Notes: generated by a model not told the origin, from the sequence alone. A stretch of 42,335 nt of DNA from an uncultured Lentisphaerales bacterium (GCA_943788985.1 CALSSJ010000039.1:1-42335); one strand, 5' to 3'. Positions 10,154 to 19,392 are shown, counted from the stretch's first letter. Made by a program: numbers and translations.

Positions 10154-11673
10154 AGATCATCGAGCAAATGCTCTCCGCAGCCCAGTACAACCGCGGCATG
10201 GATATCGTGATTATCTCCACGACCAGTGCCATGCAGGAGGTTTACTGGCAGCAGCGGCTCGAAGCGAGCAAGGGGCAAATTGCGAATCGCAGCGGGCTGA
10301 TTCTCGCCGTTCACGAGGACTGGCCCGGTGGGGCCGGGAATGGCCTGGGAACGCTATACTGCCTGCAGAAGGCGGTCGAGCGGGCGAAGAGCACCGGCGT
10401 GGATCTGCTCCAACGGCTGCGGGACGGTGCCTCACTGGCGATCTATCACACGGCAGGCAAGGGCACCCGCCTGGCACCGCTGCCAGCGGCCGAGAATAAT
10501 AATAAGCCGGCGGTAAAGCTGCCCGGGATGTTGCACATCGACGGGGCACAGCGGCCGATCACCATTCTGGAATCGGTGATTCGGCAAACCTCTGTCTACG
10601 CGCCAGCGCGTGCCGGCTACGTCTCCGTATTTTGGGGTGATCAAATTTTTATCCCGACTACGGATCCTGCGCGGCAACCGCGCGCTCACGTCGAGATCCT
10701 CTGCCAGCTCAGCAGCTTTCCAAGCGAGCAAGAGTGGCAGACGCGCGGGCTGCAGAATTATGGCCTCATCGCGGTCGACGCGGCAGGAAATGCCAGACAG
10801 GCTGAGAAGATCAGCTACGGCCAGGCTAAGAAGCTGTTGGTAGATGGCGTGATCAATGCCGATGGCGGGATCGGCCCCAGCATCGGTTCCTTTACGATGT
10901 CCGCGCTGATGACCGAGGCGCTGCTTGCGGAGTTCGCAACCGAACTGGCCCAGAAGCAGGGCAAGATGGATACAGATCCGCACTTCTGGATGCCGATGGC
11001 GTTGCCGTTGGCAACCTATGCCGAGGTGATGCAGGCCAAGGGCGCCAAGGAGCCAGCGGCCCACCACGCGCGCATTCGCAGAATGCTCGAGACGCTGCCC
11101 GCGCAGCAGGCCGTGCTCGGCGCGATGGACGTGGGGGCGGACAGCTATTGGTGGGACTACGGGCAGCTCACGGGCTATCATGGCAACTGCATGCGATTGC
11201 TCCGCGATGATGAAGAGGGCAGGGCGATGCGCCAGTTTTTCGCAGCGCCGGAACCGGATGAGAACGGTGCCATCTGCATTGGCTGTACGATCGGCCGCGG
11301 GCGAGCCTTTGACTCGTTGCTGATTGATGTTGCTTGCGAGAGTGTGGCCGTGGCCCGCGCCGCGGTCGTCGGCCTGCGAGCCCCGTCGCTGGAAGGCCAG
11401 GGAATCATCGTCTATCAGCACCTTTCGCGCACCGCCGTGACCGTCGAGGACGGCGGCGTGATTGCTGACTCCGTGCTGCCGCCAGATGAGCGGGTGAGCA
11501 TGCACACTCAAATTGGCCGCCACGGCGGCGATGACTGGCATGAGGTCCTCGCGGGCAATCCAGTCTCGTACGACACTCTTCATAAACGAAACCACGCGAT
11601 TGATCCGCTCGCTGCCGAGCAGCTTGCGATTGCGCAATTCGCATCCTACCAAACAGGACCTAGTGATGGCTGA
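10150..11673 (+). CDS. Uncharacterised sugar-phosphate nucleotidyltransferase-like protein
   Basis: [21 protein letters not shown] (GxGxRL NTP-transferase-like loop), FWGDQ, WWDYG. ATGA overlap with the kinase gene. Confidence 0.6.
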   Translation: MKIIEQMLSAAQYNRGMDIVIISTTSAMQEVYWQQRLEASKGQIANRSGLILAVHEDWPGGAGNGLGTLYCLQKAVERAKSTGVDLLQRLRDGASLAIYHTAGKGTRLAPLPAAENNNKPAVKLPGMLHIDGAQRPITILESVIRQTSVYAPARAGYVSVFWGDQIFIPTTDPARQPRAHVEILCQLSSFPSEQEWQTRGLQNYGLIAVDAAGNARQAEKISYGQAKKLLVDGVINADGGIGPSIGSFTMSALMTEALLAEFATELAQKQGKMDTDPHFWMPMALPLATYAEVMQAKGAKEPAAHHARIRRMLETLPAQQAVLGAMDVGADSYWWDYGQLTGYHGNCMRLLRDDEEGRAMRQFFAAPEPDENGAICIGCTIGRGRAFDSLLIDVACESVAVARAAVVGLRAPSLEGQGIIVYQHLSRTAVTVEDGGVIADSVLPPDERVSMHTQIGRHGGDDWHEVLAGNPVSYDTLHKRNHAIDPLAAEQLAIAQFASYQTGPSDG

Positions 11674-12667
11674 CTTCCTTACTCTCTTCGCACCCCTAGA
11701 CATGCACCTGCACCTGCGAGACGACGGCATGCTTCGTGCTGTCGGACCAGCCTCGGCTGCAGACTTCGCAGGCGCTGTAATTATGCCCAACCTTGTGCCG
11801 CCGGTGGACTCTCTGGCAGCAATGCGGGCGTACCGCGATCGAATCGAAGCGGCGACAGCTGACTACGACTTCACGCCGTTCATGACCTTATTTTTTCGTG
11901 ATTACAGCGATGCCGAGCTGGCCGCAGCGCGCGATGAGATCATCGGCATTAAACTCTATCCCGCTGGTGTCACCACCAACAGCGAGGCAGGTGTGAAAGA
12001 GATTTCAGGCTATGATCGCCAGCTTAGTGCGATGCAGGAGCTGGACATTCCGCTGCTTGTACACGGAGAAAGCCACGGCTTTGTGCTAGATCGTGAGCAG
12101 GAGTTTCTGGCCGTCTATCGCACGCTGGCGAAGCGTTATCCCCGGCTGCGCATCGTGATGGAGCACATCACGACCGCTGCTGCCGCCGCGTTGCTGGACG
12201 AGTTCGAGAACCTATATGCCACCGTCACGCTGCACCACCTGATCATTACGCTAAACGATGTGGCTGGCGGGCTATTGCAGCCGCACTTGTTCTGCAAGCC
12301 CATCGCCAAGCGTCCGGAGGACCGTGACGCCTTGTTGGCCGCGGCCCTGGGGGCGCATCCTAAGCTGATGTTCGGCAGTGATTCCGCTCCGCATCCGCGC
12401 AGCAAGAAGGAAGCCTGCGGTTGCGCCGCAGGCGTCTTCTCTGCACCCACCGCCGTGCCGCTGCTGGCCGATTTGTTCGACCGCAACGGTGCGCTTGCGT
12501 CCTTACAGGCCTTTATTGGTGACAACGCCCGGCACATCTACCGGCTGCCGGAACAGGACAAGACAGTTCGCCTGGTGCGGAAGCCGCAGACGCTCATTGC
12601 GGAGTTCGCAGACCTAGTCGTCTTTGGCGGTGGTGAGACGATCGCCTGGTCAGTGGAAGGTGCCTGA
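11666..12667 (+). CDS. pyrC: Dihydroorotase (homodimeric, E. coli-like type)
   Basis: [43 protein letters not shown]. Confidence 0.93.
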   Translation: MADFLTLFAPLDMHLHLRDDGMLRAVGPASAADFAGAVIMPNLVPPVDSLAAMRAYRDRIEAATADYDFTPFMTLFFRDYSDAELAAARDEIIGIKLYPAGVTTNSEAGVKEISGYDRQLSAMQELDIPLLVHGESHGFVLDREQEFLAVYRTLAKRYPRLRIVMEHITTAAAAALLDEFENLYATVTLHHLIITLNDVAGGLLQPHLFCKPIAKRPEDRDALLAAALGAHPKLMFGSDSAPHPRSKKEACGCAAGVFSAPTAVPLLADLFDRNGALASLQAFIGDNARHIYRLPEQDKTVRLVRKPQTLIAEFADLVVFGGGETIAWSVEGA

Positions 12668-12814
12668 GTCTTGGGAGCCCGAAAAGTAGGAGGGCCTCCC
12701 GAGTTTGCAGGCGTATTTACTGTAATGATGTGGGGCTACTACTACGGTGGCCGGTTTTAAATTCAACTTTGGCCCTGACGGCTCTCGCCCAGATAGTGGT
12801 TTCGCCGCCTCGCA

Positions 12815-13651
12815 TCAGTCCGTAGCGCCGCGCCGCCAGGCGCGGCTGCGATAGTCGCGAGGGCTCACGCTGGTGGCACGCTTGAACCGTCGGGAGAAGT
12901 AGAATGGGTCTGGATAACCGACTTCCCGCGCAATCTCAGCAATCGGGCGGGCGGTACAGGCGAGCAGATCTCTGGCTCGTTCCATTCGTAGTTGGTCCAG
13001 ATAGGCCAGGGGCGGGCAGCTCATCTGCTCTCGGAAGAGGTGGGCGAAGCGCGAGGCACTGAGGCCGGCGATCTTGGCCAGATGTGGAATGGTCAGCGTG
13101 CTGTCCAGATGCTCGGCCACATACTCGCAGGCCGCCGTAATGCGGGAATCGCGCGCTGCTAGTTCACCAAGAGCCGCGGCCTGCGCGCAGCTCAGCAGGG
13201 CGCGCTCGAGGGCATTCATCGCCAGCAACGTCCGGTAGGCATTGCCGCTAATCGCGAGGTGGTGCATTTCCTGCAGCGTCGCGCTTACTGCCGCTAAGTT
13301 TCCCAGTTTGGCCAGATCGAGCAGGTAGATATCGGACGGGAGGCGCGGGTACTTGAGGAGCGGAGACCAATGCGGCCAAGGCTGCATATGGACCCAGAGG
13401 ATCTGCCAGGATCCGCAGTCCGGGGCAGTCGCGTAGTCATGCGCCGTGCCAGGCGGAATGATCGCCAACGTGCCTGGAGCTAGCAGCGTGGAGGGCCCTC
13501 CGGCGCGGAAAATGCCATGGCCTGCAAGGCTGAGAATGAGTAGATAATCCGGAGTGCCTGGCACCCGCTGCACACGATAGCTTCCGCCATTATCGTTCAT
13601 GCCGGTGATTAGCTGGGCATACGTAGGAATATTGTTACTTATGGGCTGCAT
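12815..13651 (-). CDS. AraC family transcriptional regulator
   Basis: Cupin-like N-terminus and double HTH 'LAKIAGLSASRFAHLF...IAEIAREVGYPDPFYFSRRFK'. Divergent from the PhyH gene. Confidence 0.93.
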   Translation of the reverse strand: MQPISNNIPTYAQLITGMNDNGGSYRVQRVPGTPDYLLILSLAGHGIFRAGGPSTLLAPGTLAIIPPGTAHDYATAPDCGSWQILWVHMQPWPHWSPLLKYPRLPSDIYLLDLAKLGNLAAVSATLQEMHHLAISGNAYRTLLAMNALERALLSCAQAAALGELAARDSRITAACEYVAEHLDSTLTIPHLAKIAGLSASRFAHLFREQMSCPPLAYLDQLRMERARDLLACTARPIAEIAREVGYPDPFYFSRRFKRATSVSPRDYRSRAWRRGATD

Positions 13652-13757
13652 AGCAGAATCATACAGGTTCTTGGCATCTTCGTCCAGTTGCTGTGACGAA
13701 GGCTGGCAGCTAGTCTATCCTTCCCACAAGCAGTTGAAACCAACGAAGGACCATGCC

Positions 13758-14528
13758 ATGAGCACACTCACACCACAGCAACTCGAAGCCTATCAGAACA
13801 CCGGATTCCTGCTGGTTAAGGGCTTTGTGCCCTTAGCACAGGTGGCCGAGATTCGTGACGAGGTGGCGGGCTTGCATGCGGCCCTTGCTGGTCGCGAGAG
13901 CATCCCTGGCTTGGGGATTACCTGGGAAGATCTGCCAGAGGGCGAGCCCCCCCAGATTCGTCAGCTGATGGGCAGCCAGAACGTATCGCAGAGCCTGCGC
14001 GAGATTGCCAGTTCGCCGCGCTTATGGTGCGCGATAGAGCAGTTGCTGGGCGAGCCCGTAGAGCTGTTTCACTCGAAACTGATGATGAAGGCCGCACACA
14101 AGGGCAGCTTTACGCCGTGGCATTCCGACTGGGGCTACTGGCGGGACATCTTTGAGCGTCCCGCGCAGATGAATGCCTTCCTGGCGATTGATCCCTCAAC
14201 CCTGGAAAATGGCTGCATTCGCTATGTTCCGGAGAGCCACCATGCGTATACCGAGCACCAGCAGATGGAGTCTCGCTCGGGGTTTAGTATCGGGCTGCCT
14301 GGGGACATTGACGCCTATGATGCGGTGCCGCTGGAGATGGAACCGGGCGACGTGGCGTTTCATGGCTCGTTGACGATTCACGCTTCTGAGGGAAATCAGT
14401 CAGATCACAGCCGCATTATGAACACCTTCGCCTACACCGCCGTAAGTTGCTTCAAGACGGGTCGCGAGGGCTTCTCCGCTCAGCGCCTGCAACAGGACAA
14501 GCTGATTAATCTCGCAGAATTGGCGTGA
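13758..14528 (+). CDS. Phytanoyl-CoA dioxygenase (PhyH) family Fe(II)/2OG oxygenase
   Basis: WHSD, ENGC..YVP.SH, PGD..FH...IHAS..N; AAGGA RBS before ATG 13758. Confidence 0.88.
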   Translation: MSTLTPQQLEAYQNTGFLLVKGFVPLAQVAEIRDEVAGLHAALAGRESIPGLGITWEDLPEGEPPQIRQLMGSQNVSQSLREIASSPRLWCAIEQLLGEPVELFHSKLMMKAAHKGSFTPWHSDWGYWRDIFERPAQMNAFLAIDPSTLENGCIRYVPESHHAYTEHQQMESRSGFSIGLPGDIDAYDAVPLEMEPGDVAFHGSLTIHASEGNQSDHSRIMNTFAYTAVSCFKTGREGFSAQRLQQDKLINLAELA

Positions 14529-14627
14529 TGCCCCCGAGGTGCCGAATAAGGAGCGATTCATGGCACCATAGCATGCTGTCGGGTCCTCCTATCGTCCTGC
14601 TAGGGCGTAGTAGCTGGTTGTGACTAT

Positions 14628-14681
14628 CCGGTGGTGCGACCACCGGTCACGAGCGTCGCTAGGCGTGCCCCGGAGGGGCAC
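14628..14681. repeat. REP-like palindromes CCGGTGGT-GCG-ACCACCGG and GTGCCCC-GGA-GGGGCAC
   Basis: Two short hairpins; the same motifs recur at 33755-33798 and 34116-34158. Confidence 0.6.
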
Positions 14682-14794
14682 CAGAACGCGTTCTTCCGAC
14701 CACGTCGCAGATCGTCACGTCAGCTCTCCTGCGGGATGCCCGCAGCCTCGTTTCCCTTCCTCGACTCACGCGCCATTCGGCCAGCGTGACTGCC

Positions 14795-14958
14795 AGGAGC
14801 CTGTCGGACTTTGCTGAATCTGCTGCGAAACCGCCAAGGCAGAACCATTTCTTGGCCCGTTTCGGTTGTAGATGTTCAATCTACGTACTTTAATAGGCCA
14901 TTTCAGGCGCTCGATGGCTCGATTTCTCGCGACGATCCCCTAAGTCCGACAGACTGCT
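14795..14958. mobile_element. MITE-like element (~164 bp) with 17-bp terminal inverted repeats
   Basis: AGGAGCCTGTCGGACTT (14795-14811) vs AAGTCCGACAGACTGCT (14942-14958), 15/17 complementary. Central hairpin GTAGAT-GTTCA-ATCTAC. No transposase. Confidence 0.6.
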
Positions 14959-14961
14959 TAG

Positions 14962-15285
14962 CTAGAGTTTTTCGAGTTGGTCCTCGAAGCTCTGGAGCAC
15001 GTGGCGAAAGCCTGAGAAGTTACGTTTGATGGCATAGACGTAGATTCCGGAGAAGCCGGTCTTATTCCCGAATTCTTCTGCTGTGCCAACGAAAATCAGG
15101 GGCACGTCGTACCTCTCGCAGGTGTTGCGTAGTTTTTTTTGGGAGTTTTTGGAGAGGTCGCTAGTGGCGACGGCGAGGACGAGTTGGTGCCGTCGAGCTA
15201 GAGCAAGCAGGCGATCTCCCCCAAGGCATACCTGACCGCGCTGGTGGCCCTGGCGAATTCTAGCGGCCAGATCTTCGATTGTCAT
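14962..15285 (-). CDS. L7Ae/L30e/YlxQ-like RNA-binding protein
   Basis: 'G..RGQV.LGGD', 'LVLAVATSDLS.NS.KKL...C....VP....GT.EEFG..TG' fits the L7Ae fold; 107 aa; overlaps the murJ stop. Confidence 0.72.
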   Translation of the reverse strand: MTIEDLAARIRQGHQRGQVCLGGDRLLALARRHQLVLAVATSDLSKNSQKKLRNTCERYDVPLIFVGTAEEFGNKTGFSGIYVYAIKRNFSGFRHVLQSFEDQLEKL

Positions 15286-16784
15286 GGAGTGTCCTTGCGA
15301 CGTTTCAGAGTGGCGGCGACGGGGATCGCCCAGATCAAACCCACTACCATAGAGCTGAGAAAGATGTGCAGCAAGGTGCCCTGGAGGCCGCTGGCCGGAA
15401 AGCGCTGCGTCACCAGCGTCGCTGCCTGGAAGCTTACCCCCGTCAGGATCAGTATCATGGCCCCGCCTTTTAGGGAGGGCAGCAGGTTGCGGAGTCCGCG
15501 CCGATGCAAGACCACGAACTGGCCGCAGACGATGAACCAGAAACTTGCGGATGAGGCCAGCGCCAAGCCGGCATGCTCCAACGGCGTACGAACGAGTACG
15601 AGGTTCAGGACAATGTTCAGCAGCGCCCCGCCAAGCGACAGCCAGAAGACCGTGCGGTTCTCCTCGCGGACCGAGAAAACGCGTGAGAGCAGAGCCTGGA
15701 CCCCGAGGGCGGGTAAGCCGATCGCATAGGCGGCAAGCGCAAGGCCGGTCGCGGTGGTCGCACTCGAGCTGAAACTGCCTCGCTCAAAGACCAAGCGGAC
15801 AATGCCCTCGCGGGCGACAAAAGTGAGGACTGCGACTGGAGTGAGCAGCCAGAGGTTGGCGGCCACACCTTGGCGAATCGCGATTGCGAACTTCGCAGGC
15901 TCCGCCAGCGCGCGCTGCTCGGCAAGAAAGGGTGTAATGCCGCGACTGACCGCTAGGCCGATTACCGCCAGCGGGAGTTGGATCAGGCGCTGGGAAAACC
16001 AAAGCGCAGACATGCTACCGCTAATCAGCAGCGAAGCCAGAATACGATCGCTGATTTCGACGGACTTGTCGAGAAAAGCCTTGCAGAAAACCCAGCGGAC
16101 TTGTTTGAACAGGCCAGGGTGCCGTGCAGAGAGGCCAGAATAGCCGGCGTCCGGGAGGGCACGCAGCTTGCCGAGGGCAGGGGGCAGTTGCACCACTGCC
16201 TGCAGCACTGCCCCCACCACAAACCCGAGCGGGAGACTGAGCATGCCCAAAGCATCATGGCCCAACCACACGGTCGTAATGACGCCCACGCTCAGAAACA
16301 CAGGGGCCAGCGCATACACGCGGTTGCACTCAAATACGTTGAGAACTCCGCCCAGCACTGCGGCTAGCGCGATGGGCAGTACAAAAGGGGCCAGCCAAAT
16401 CATCATCTGCGCGGCTTCGGGGGTCGGCAGGCCAGGCGCTACCACCGCTGCCAGAATAGGAGCCAGCAGAATCAGCAGGAACATCGTGACCAGAGCTCCG
16501 CCAACCACGAGATTCAGACAGCTGGAGAGAATGCGAAAGGCATCGGCATAGCGGCCTTGGGTGATGGCAGACTTGAACGGCGGCATAAACGCGCGCTCGA
16601 CGACGTCCTCACCCAGGATGCGGCGAAACAAGGTCACGGGCGTCATGGCGGCGACCAGCAGATCCATCGAGACGCCCGCACCAAACACAGCGGCGCACAC
16701 CAGCTCTCGGCCGAAGCCGAAGAGCCGCGATGTAAGCGTGCCGCTTGCCAGGCGCACAATGTTTTTGACCAGACGTGACTCCAC
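15282..16784 (-). CDS. murJ: Lipid II flippase MurJ (MviN)
   Basis: SRLFGFGRE, FGAG, FRRILGE, DRILAS.L..GS.SAL....RL.QLP, FERGSF; polytopic membrane protein. Confidence 0.9.
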   Translation of the reverse strand: MESRLVKNIVRLASGTLTSRLFGFGRELVCAAVFGAGVSMDLLVAAMTPVTLFRRILGEDVVERAFMPPFKSAITQGRYADAFRILSSCLNLVVGGALVTMFLLILLAPILAAVVAPGLPTPEAAQMMIWLAPFVLPIALAAVLGGVLNVFECNRVYALAPVFLSVGVITTVWLGHDALGMLSLPLGFVVGAVLQAVVQLPPALGKLRALPDAGYSGLSARHPGLFKQVRWVFCKAFLDKSVEISDRILASLLISGSMSALWFSQRLIQLPLAVIGLAVSRGITPFLAEQRALAEPAKFAIAIRQGVAANLWLLTPVAVLTFVAREGIVRLVFERGSFSSSATTATGLALAAYAIGLPALGVQALLSRVFSVREENRTVFWLSLGGALLNIVLNLVLVRTPLEHAGLALASSASFWFIVCGQFVVLHRRGLRNLLPSLKGGAMILILTGVSFQAATLVTQRFPASGLQGTLLHIFLSSMVVGLIWAIPVAATLKRRKDTP

Positions 16785-16877
16785 GTGGAAATTCCCCTAC
16801 AATGGTATACTATCCCCGTTCCAAGGCGCGGGTGGTGCCTGCGCGGATGTAGACAAACATATCAAGGAACCCAAGAA

Positions 16878-17282
16878 ATGAAGCATTTCATTGTCCTTCT
16901 TCTCTCGTTTTCGCTAATTGGCCTGATCGCCACAGCGGAAGAAGCCGTCGTTGATGAGAACGCAGTCGCACCAGCAGAGGGATTGGTGGAGGAAGCGAAG
17001 CCCGAGCCGAGCAAGCGTGAGCTGGCACGGTTCGACAAAGATAAAGATGGCACGCTGAACGAGGAAGAGCAGGCAGCTTACGCTGCTGCCGCTGAGAAGC
17101 GCGCTGGGCAGGAAGCCGCCCGCCTCGAGAAATTCGACGCTGATGGCGACGGCAAACTCTCCAAGGAAGAGCGTGCTGCTGCGAAAGAGGCAATGTCCGA
17201 CAAGAAAGGTAAGAAAGGTAAGAAAGGCAAGAAAGGCAAGAAGGCCAAGGGCAAAAAGGGCAAGAAGAAAGGCGGCGAATAG
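16878..17282 (+). CDS. Secreted EF-hand protein with Lys-rich tail
   Basis: Signal peptide MKHFIVLLLSFSLIGLIATA; EF-hand loops DKDKDGTLNEEE and DADGDGKLSKEE; KKG repeats. Confidence 0.82.
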   Translation: MKHFIVLLLSFSLIGLIATAEEAVVDENAVAPAEGLVEEAKPEPSKRELARFDKDKDGTLNEEEQAAYAAAAEKRAGQEAARLEKFDADGDGKLSKEERAAAKEAMSDKKGKKGKKGKKGKKAKGKKGKKKGGE

Positions 17283-17321
17283 CAGCCGGCATTGCGTAAC
17301 CGCGGACGCAATTCAATTACT

Positions 17322-17362
17322 GAGCCCTGTGGAGCCTTTGGGTTCCCAGGGCCTCTTCTTTT
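17322..17362 (+). terminator. Probable intrinsic terminator
   Basis: GAGCCCTG...CAGGGCCTC stem with inner GGAGCC/GGTTCC pairing, followed by TTCTTTT. Confidence 0.6.
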
Positions 17363-17417
17363 GCTACCCGAATCATTGATTCGCGATCTGTCGCCCTGCG
17401 ACGAGGTCGCCTGACCT

Positions 17418-18347
17418 ATGAAATCTCTATTTACTAAATTTCGCCATGGACTTCAACGCACGACCACCGGGTTGGTACGCGTGTTTTCGACCGCTTTTAG
17501 CGACGACAAACCGTGGGATAACGAGTCGTTTGAACGCCTCGAAGCAGCGTTGATTGGCGCTGACCTCGGCGTCGGGCTGTCCATGACGATTGTCGGCGAT
17601 CTGCGCGACAAGTATGGCCGCGGCGAGATTAAGACCGCTGCGGATATCATTGAGACTGCCAGGCAGCATGTGTCGAAAGTCATGAGCCAGGAGCAGCCAC
17701 CTTTTAAGCTGGAGTCCCAAGGCCCGACCGTCATTCTGATGGTTGGCGTAAATGGCTCCGGCAAGACAACCACTACCGGCAAGCTGGCCGCCATGTGGAA
17801 AGCGCAGGGCAAGCGTCCGGTTTTGGCCGCGTGTGACACGTTTCGCGCCGCCGCATGCGAGCAGCTGAAGATCTGGGGCGAGCGTACCGACTGCCCAGTC
17901 ATTGCCTCTCAGCACGGCGCCGATCCTGCGTCCGTTGCCTTTGACGCCTGTTCCGCAGCTGTGGCGCGAGGGCACGACATCGTCTTGATCGACACCGCTG
18001 GTCGTCAGCACACGGCTGTTGGCTTGATGAATGAGCTTGAGAAGATCCAGCGCGTCATTGGACGCGCCTGTCCAGGCGCGCCGCATCACTGTTGGCTCGT
18101 GGTCGATGGCTCTACCGGGACCAATGCTCTGCAGCAGGCCCGCGAGTTCTCGAAGTACGTGCCTTTGAACGGGCTGTGCCTGACCAAACTGGATGGCACC
18201 AGCAAAGGCGGCGTCGTGGTCGCGATTCACGACGAGCTCAAGCTCCCGATCCGCTACATTGGCCTTGGCGAGGGCGTCGATGATTTGCAGCCCTTCGACT
18301 GCGACCTATTCGCCCAGGCACTGTTCTCGGACGAGAACCTAGGCTAG
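17418..18347 (+). CDS. ftsY: Signal recognition particle receptor FtsY
   Basis: GVNGSGKTTT, DTFRAAA, DTAGR, TKLDGTSKGG, GLGE..DDL..F. Confidence 0.96.
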   Translation: MKSLFTKFRHGLQRTTTGLVRVFSTAFSDDKPWDNESFERLEAALIGADLGVGLSMTIVGDLRDKYGRGEIKTAADIIETARQHVSKVMSQEQPPFKLESQGPTVILMVGVNGSGKTTTTGKLAAMWKAQGKRPVLAACDTFRAAACEQLKIWGERTDCPVIASQHGADPASVAFDACSAAVARGHDIVLIDTAGRQHTAVGLMNELEKIQRVIGRACPGAPHHCWLVVDGSTGTNALQQAREFSKYVPLNGLCLTKLDGTSKGGVVVAIHDELKLPIRYIGLGEGVDDLQPFDCDLFAQALFSDENLG

Positions 18348-18360
18348 TCCGGTCTTGCCC

Positions 18361-18401
18361 GTACGACGTGTCTCCGTGCACGTCGAGTAATTGGCGACGG
18401 G
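18361..18401 (+). repeat. 41-bp direct repeat, copy 1 (REP-like hairpin CGACGTG..CACGTCG)
   Basis: GTACGACGTGTCTCCGTGCACGTCGAGTAATTGGCGACGGG is identical to 19333-19373. Confidence 0.9.
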
Positions 18402-18468
18402 CACGGATGCTCAGCTGCTCAGCTCGGGCGCTCATTGTAAACCCGATAAGGCGCCGTATTTTTATCTT

Positions 18469-18756
18469 ATGAATAGCGATCGCCTACAACTCGCAGTCTA
18501 CCCAGGTGGTGCGATGGTCGCCACGGGGTTGGCCGATCTTAGATCTGGGATACGAAGTGAGAGTGCCTTGGTGATATCCATGGCCGCGACCCGGCTTCGT
18601 CACTTGGGGCTAGAACTCGAAGCGCCAATTCCGGATGCCGAGCTCGCGTTGTACGACTACCTCGCGAAGATCCATGGCGATAATGCCCATTCGCGCTTCA
18701 ATGCGTTGCGCCGACAATTAGTTAGCTTTCAGCGGGCATGGGCATGCGTAAGTTAG
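18469..18756 (+). CDS. Small hypothetical protein, partner of the downstream nucleotidyltransferase
   Basis: 95-aa ORF 'PGG..V..GL.DL..G..SE.AL....A..RL...GL...ELALY..L......AHSRFNAL.RQLVSF' overlapping the next gene. Confidence 0.7.
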   Translation: MNSDRLQLAVYPGGAMVATGLADLRSGIRSESALVISMAATRLRHLGLELEAPIPDAELALYDYLAKIHGDNAHSRFNALRRQLVSFQRAWACVS

Positions 18757-19274
18757 TAGACCGCGGGCGCTTGCTGGAATTTATGAAAGCGCTCGGTCGT
18801 GCAGCGGATGAGCCAAGTCGAGTCTATCTGCTTGGCGGAGCCTGTGCTCTATGGCACGGATGGCGGTCGACTACTCTGGATGTCAATCTTAATATCGTTC
18901 CAGATTGCGACGCAATCTACAGGGCGATACCGATGTTGAAAAAATCGCTATCGATGAACGTCGAACTGGTTGTGCCTAACGCCTTTCTTCCAGAGTTGGC
19001 CGGTTGGCAGGATCGGTCGATTTACATCGAAAGTATTGGGAAGGCCGAGTTTTATCACCTCGATTTCTACACTCAAGCGTTGTCTAAGCTTGAACGCAGC
19101 CACGAGCGGGACCTCACTGATGTCGCCTCAATGCTGGCCGACGGCCTGGTTGAGCCAAGTAAACTGCGCCTCTACCTTGATGAACTGTTGCCGAAACTCT
19201 ACCGCTACCCTGCTGTAGATCCCGCCTCTTTCCAAGCTGCTGTTGAGGCATTTCTAGAGGAAGCTGGGGCATAA
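18744..19274 (+). CDS. DUF6036-like minimal nucleotidyltransferase
   Basis: 'VYLLGGA...HGWR..T.DV(N)L', 'D.Y.QALSKLER.H.RDL.DV'; Pol-beta-like MNT/AbiEii-related layout. Confidence 0.75.
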   Translation: MRKLVDRGRLLEFMKALGRAADEPSRVYLLGGACALWHGWRSTTLDVNLNIVPDCDAIYRAIPMLKKSLSMNVELVVPNAFLPELAGWQDRSIYIESIGKAEFYHLDFYTQALSKLERSHERDLTDVASMLADGLVEPSKLRLYLDELLPKLYRYPAVDPASFQAAVEAFLEEAGA

Positions 19275-19332
19275 AAGAGGAGCCAAGTCGGAGTCTCTCT
19301 GCTTGGCGGGCCCTGCGGCTCTATGGCGCTTA

Positions 19333-19392
19333 GTACGACGTGTCTCCGTGCACGTCGAGTAATTGGCGACGGGTACGGAGACCCGGTCGTAC
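19333..19392. repeat. 41-bp direct repeat, copy 2, extended into an inverted REP pair (GTACGAC...GTCGTAC)
   Basis: The second half CGACGGGTACGGAGACCCGGTCGTAC is an imperfect reverse complement of the first half. Confidence 0.85.

Noticed and set aside
10432..11790. Long antisense ORFs (e.g. 10432..11790, 21944..23005, 17427..18230, 40431..41330)
   Set aside because: Shadow frames of well-supported genes in GC-rich DNA.
12668..12814. ncRNA between pyrC and the AraC gene
   Set aside because: Only an imperfect hairpin (GGGAGCCC...GGGCCTCCC), compatible with a terminator; nothing supports an RNA gene.
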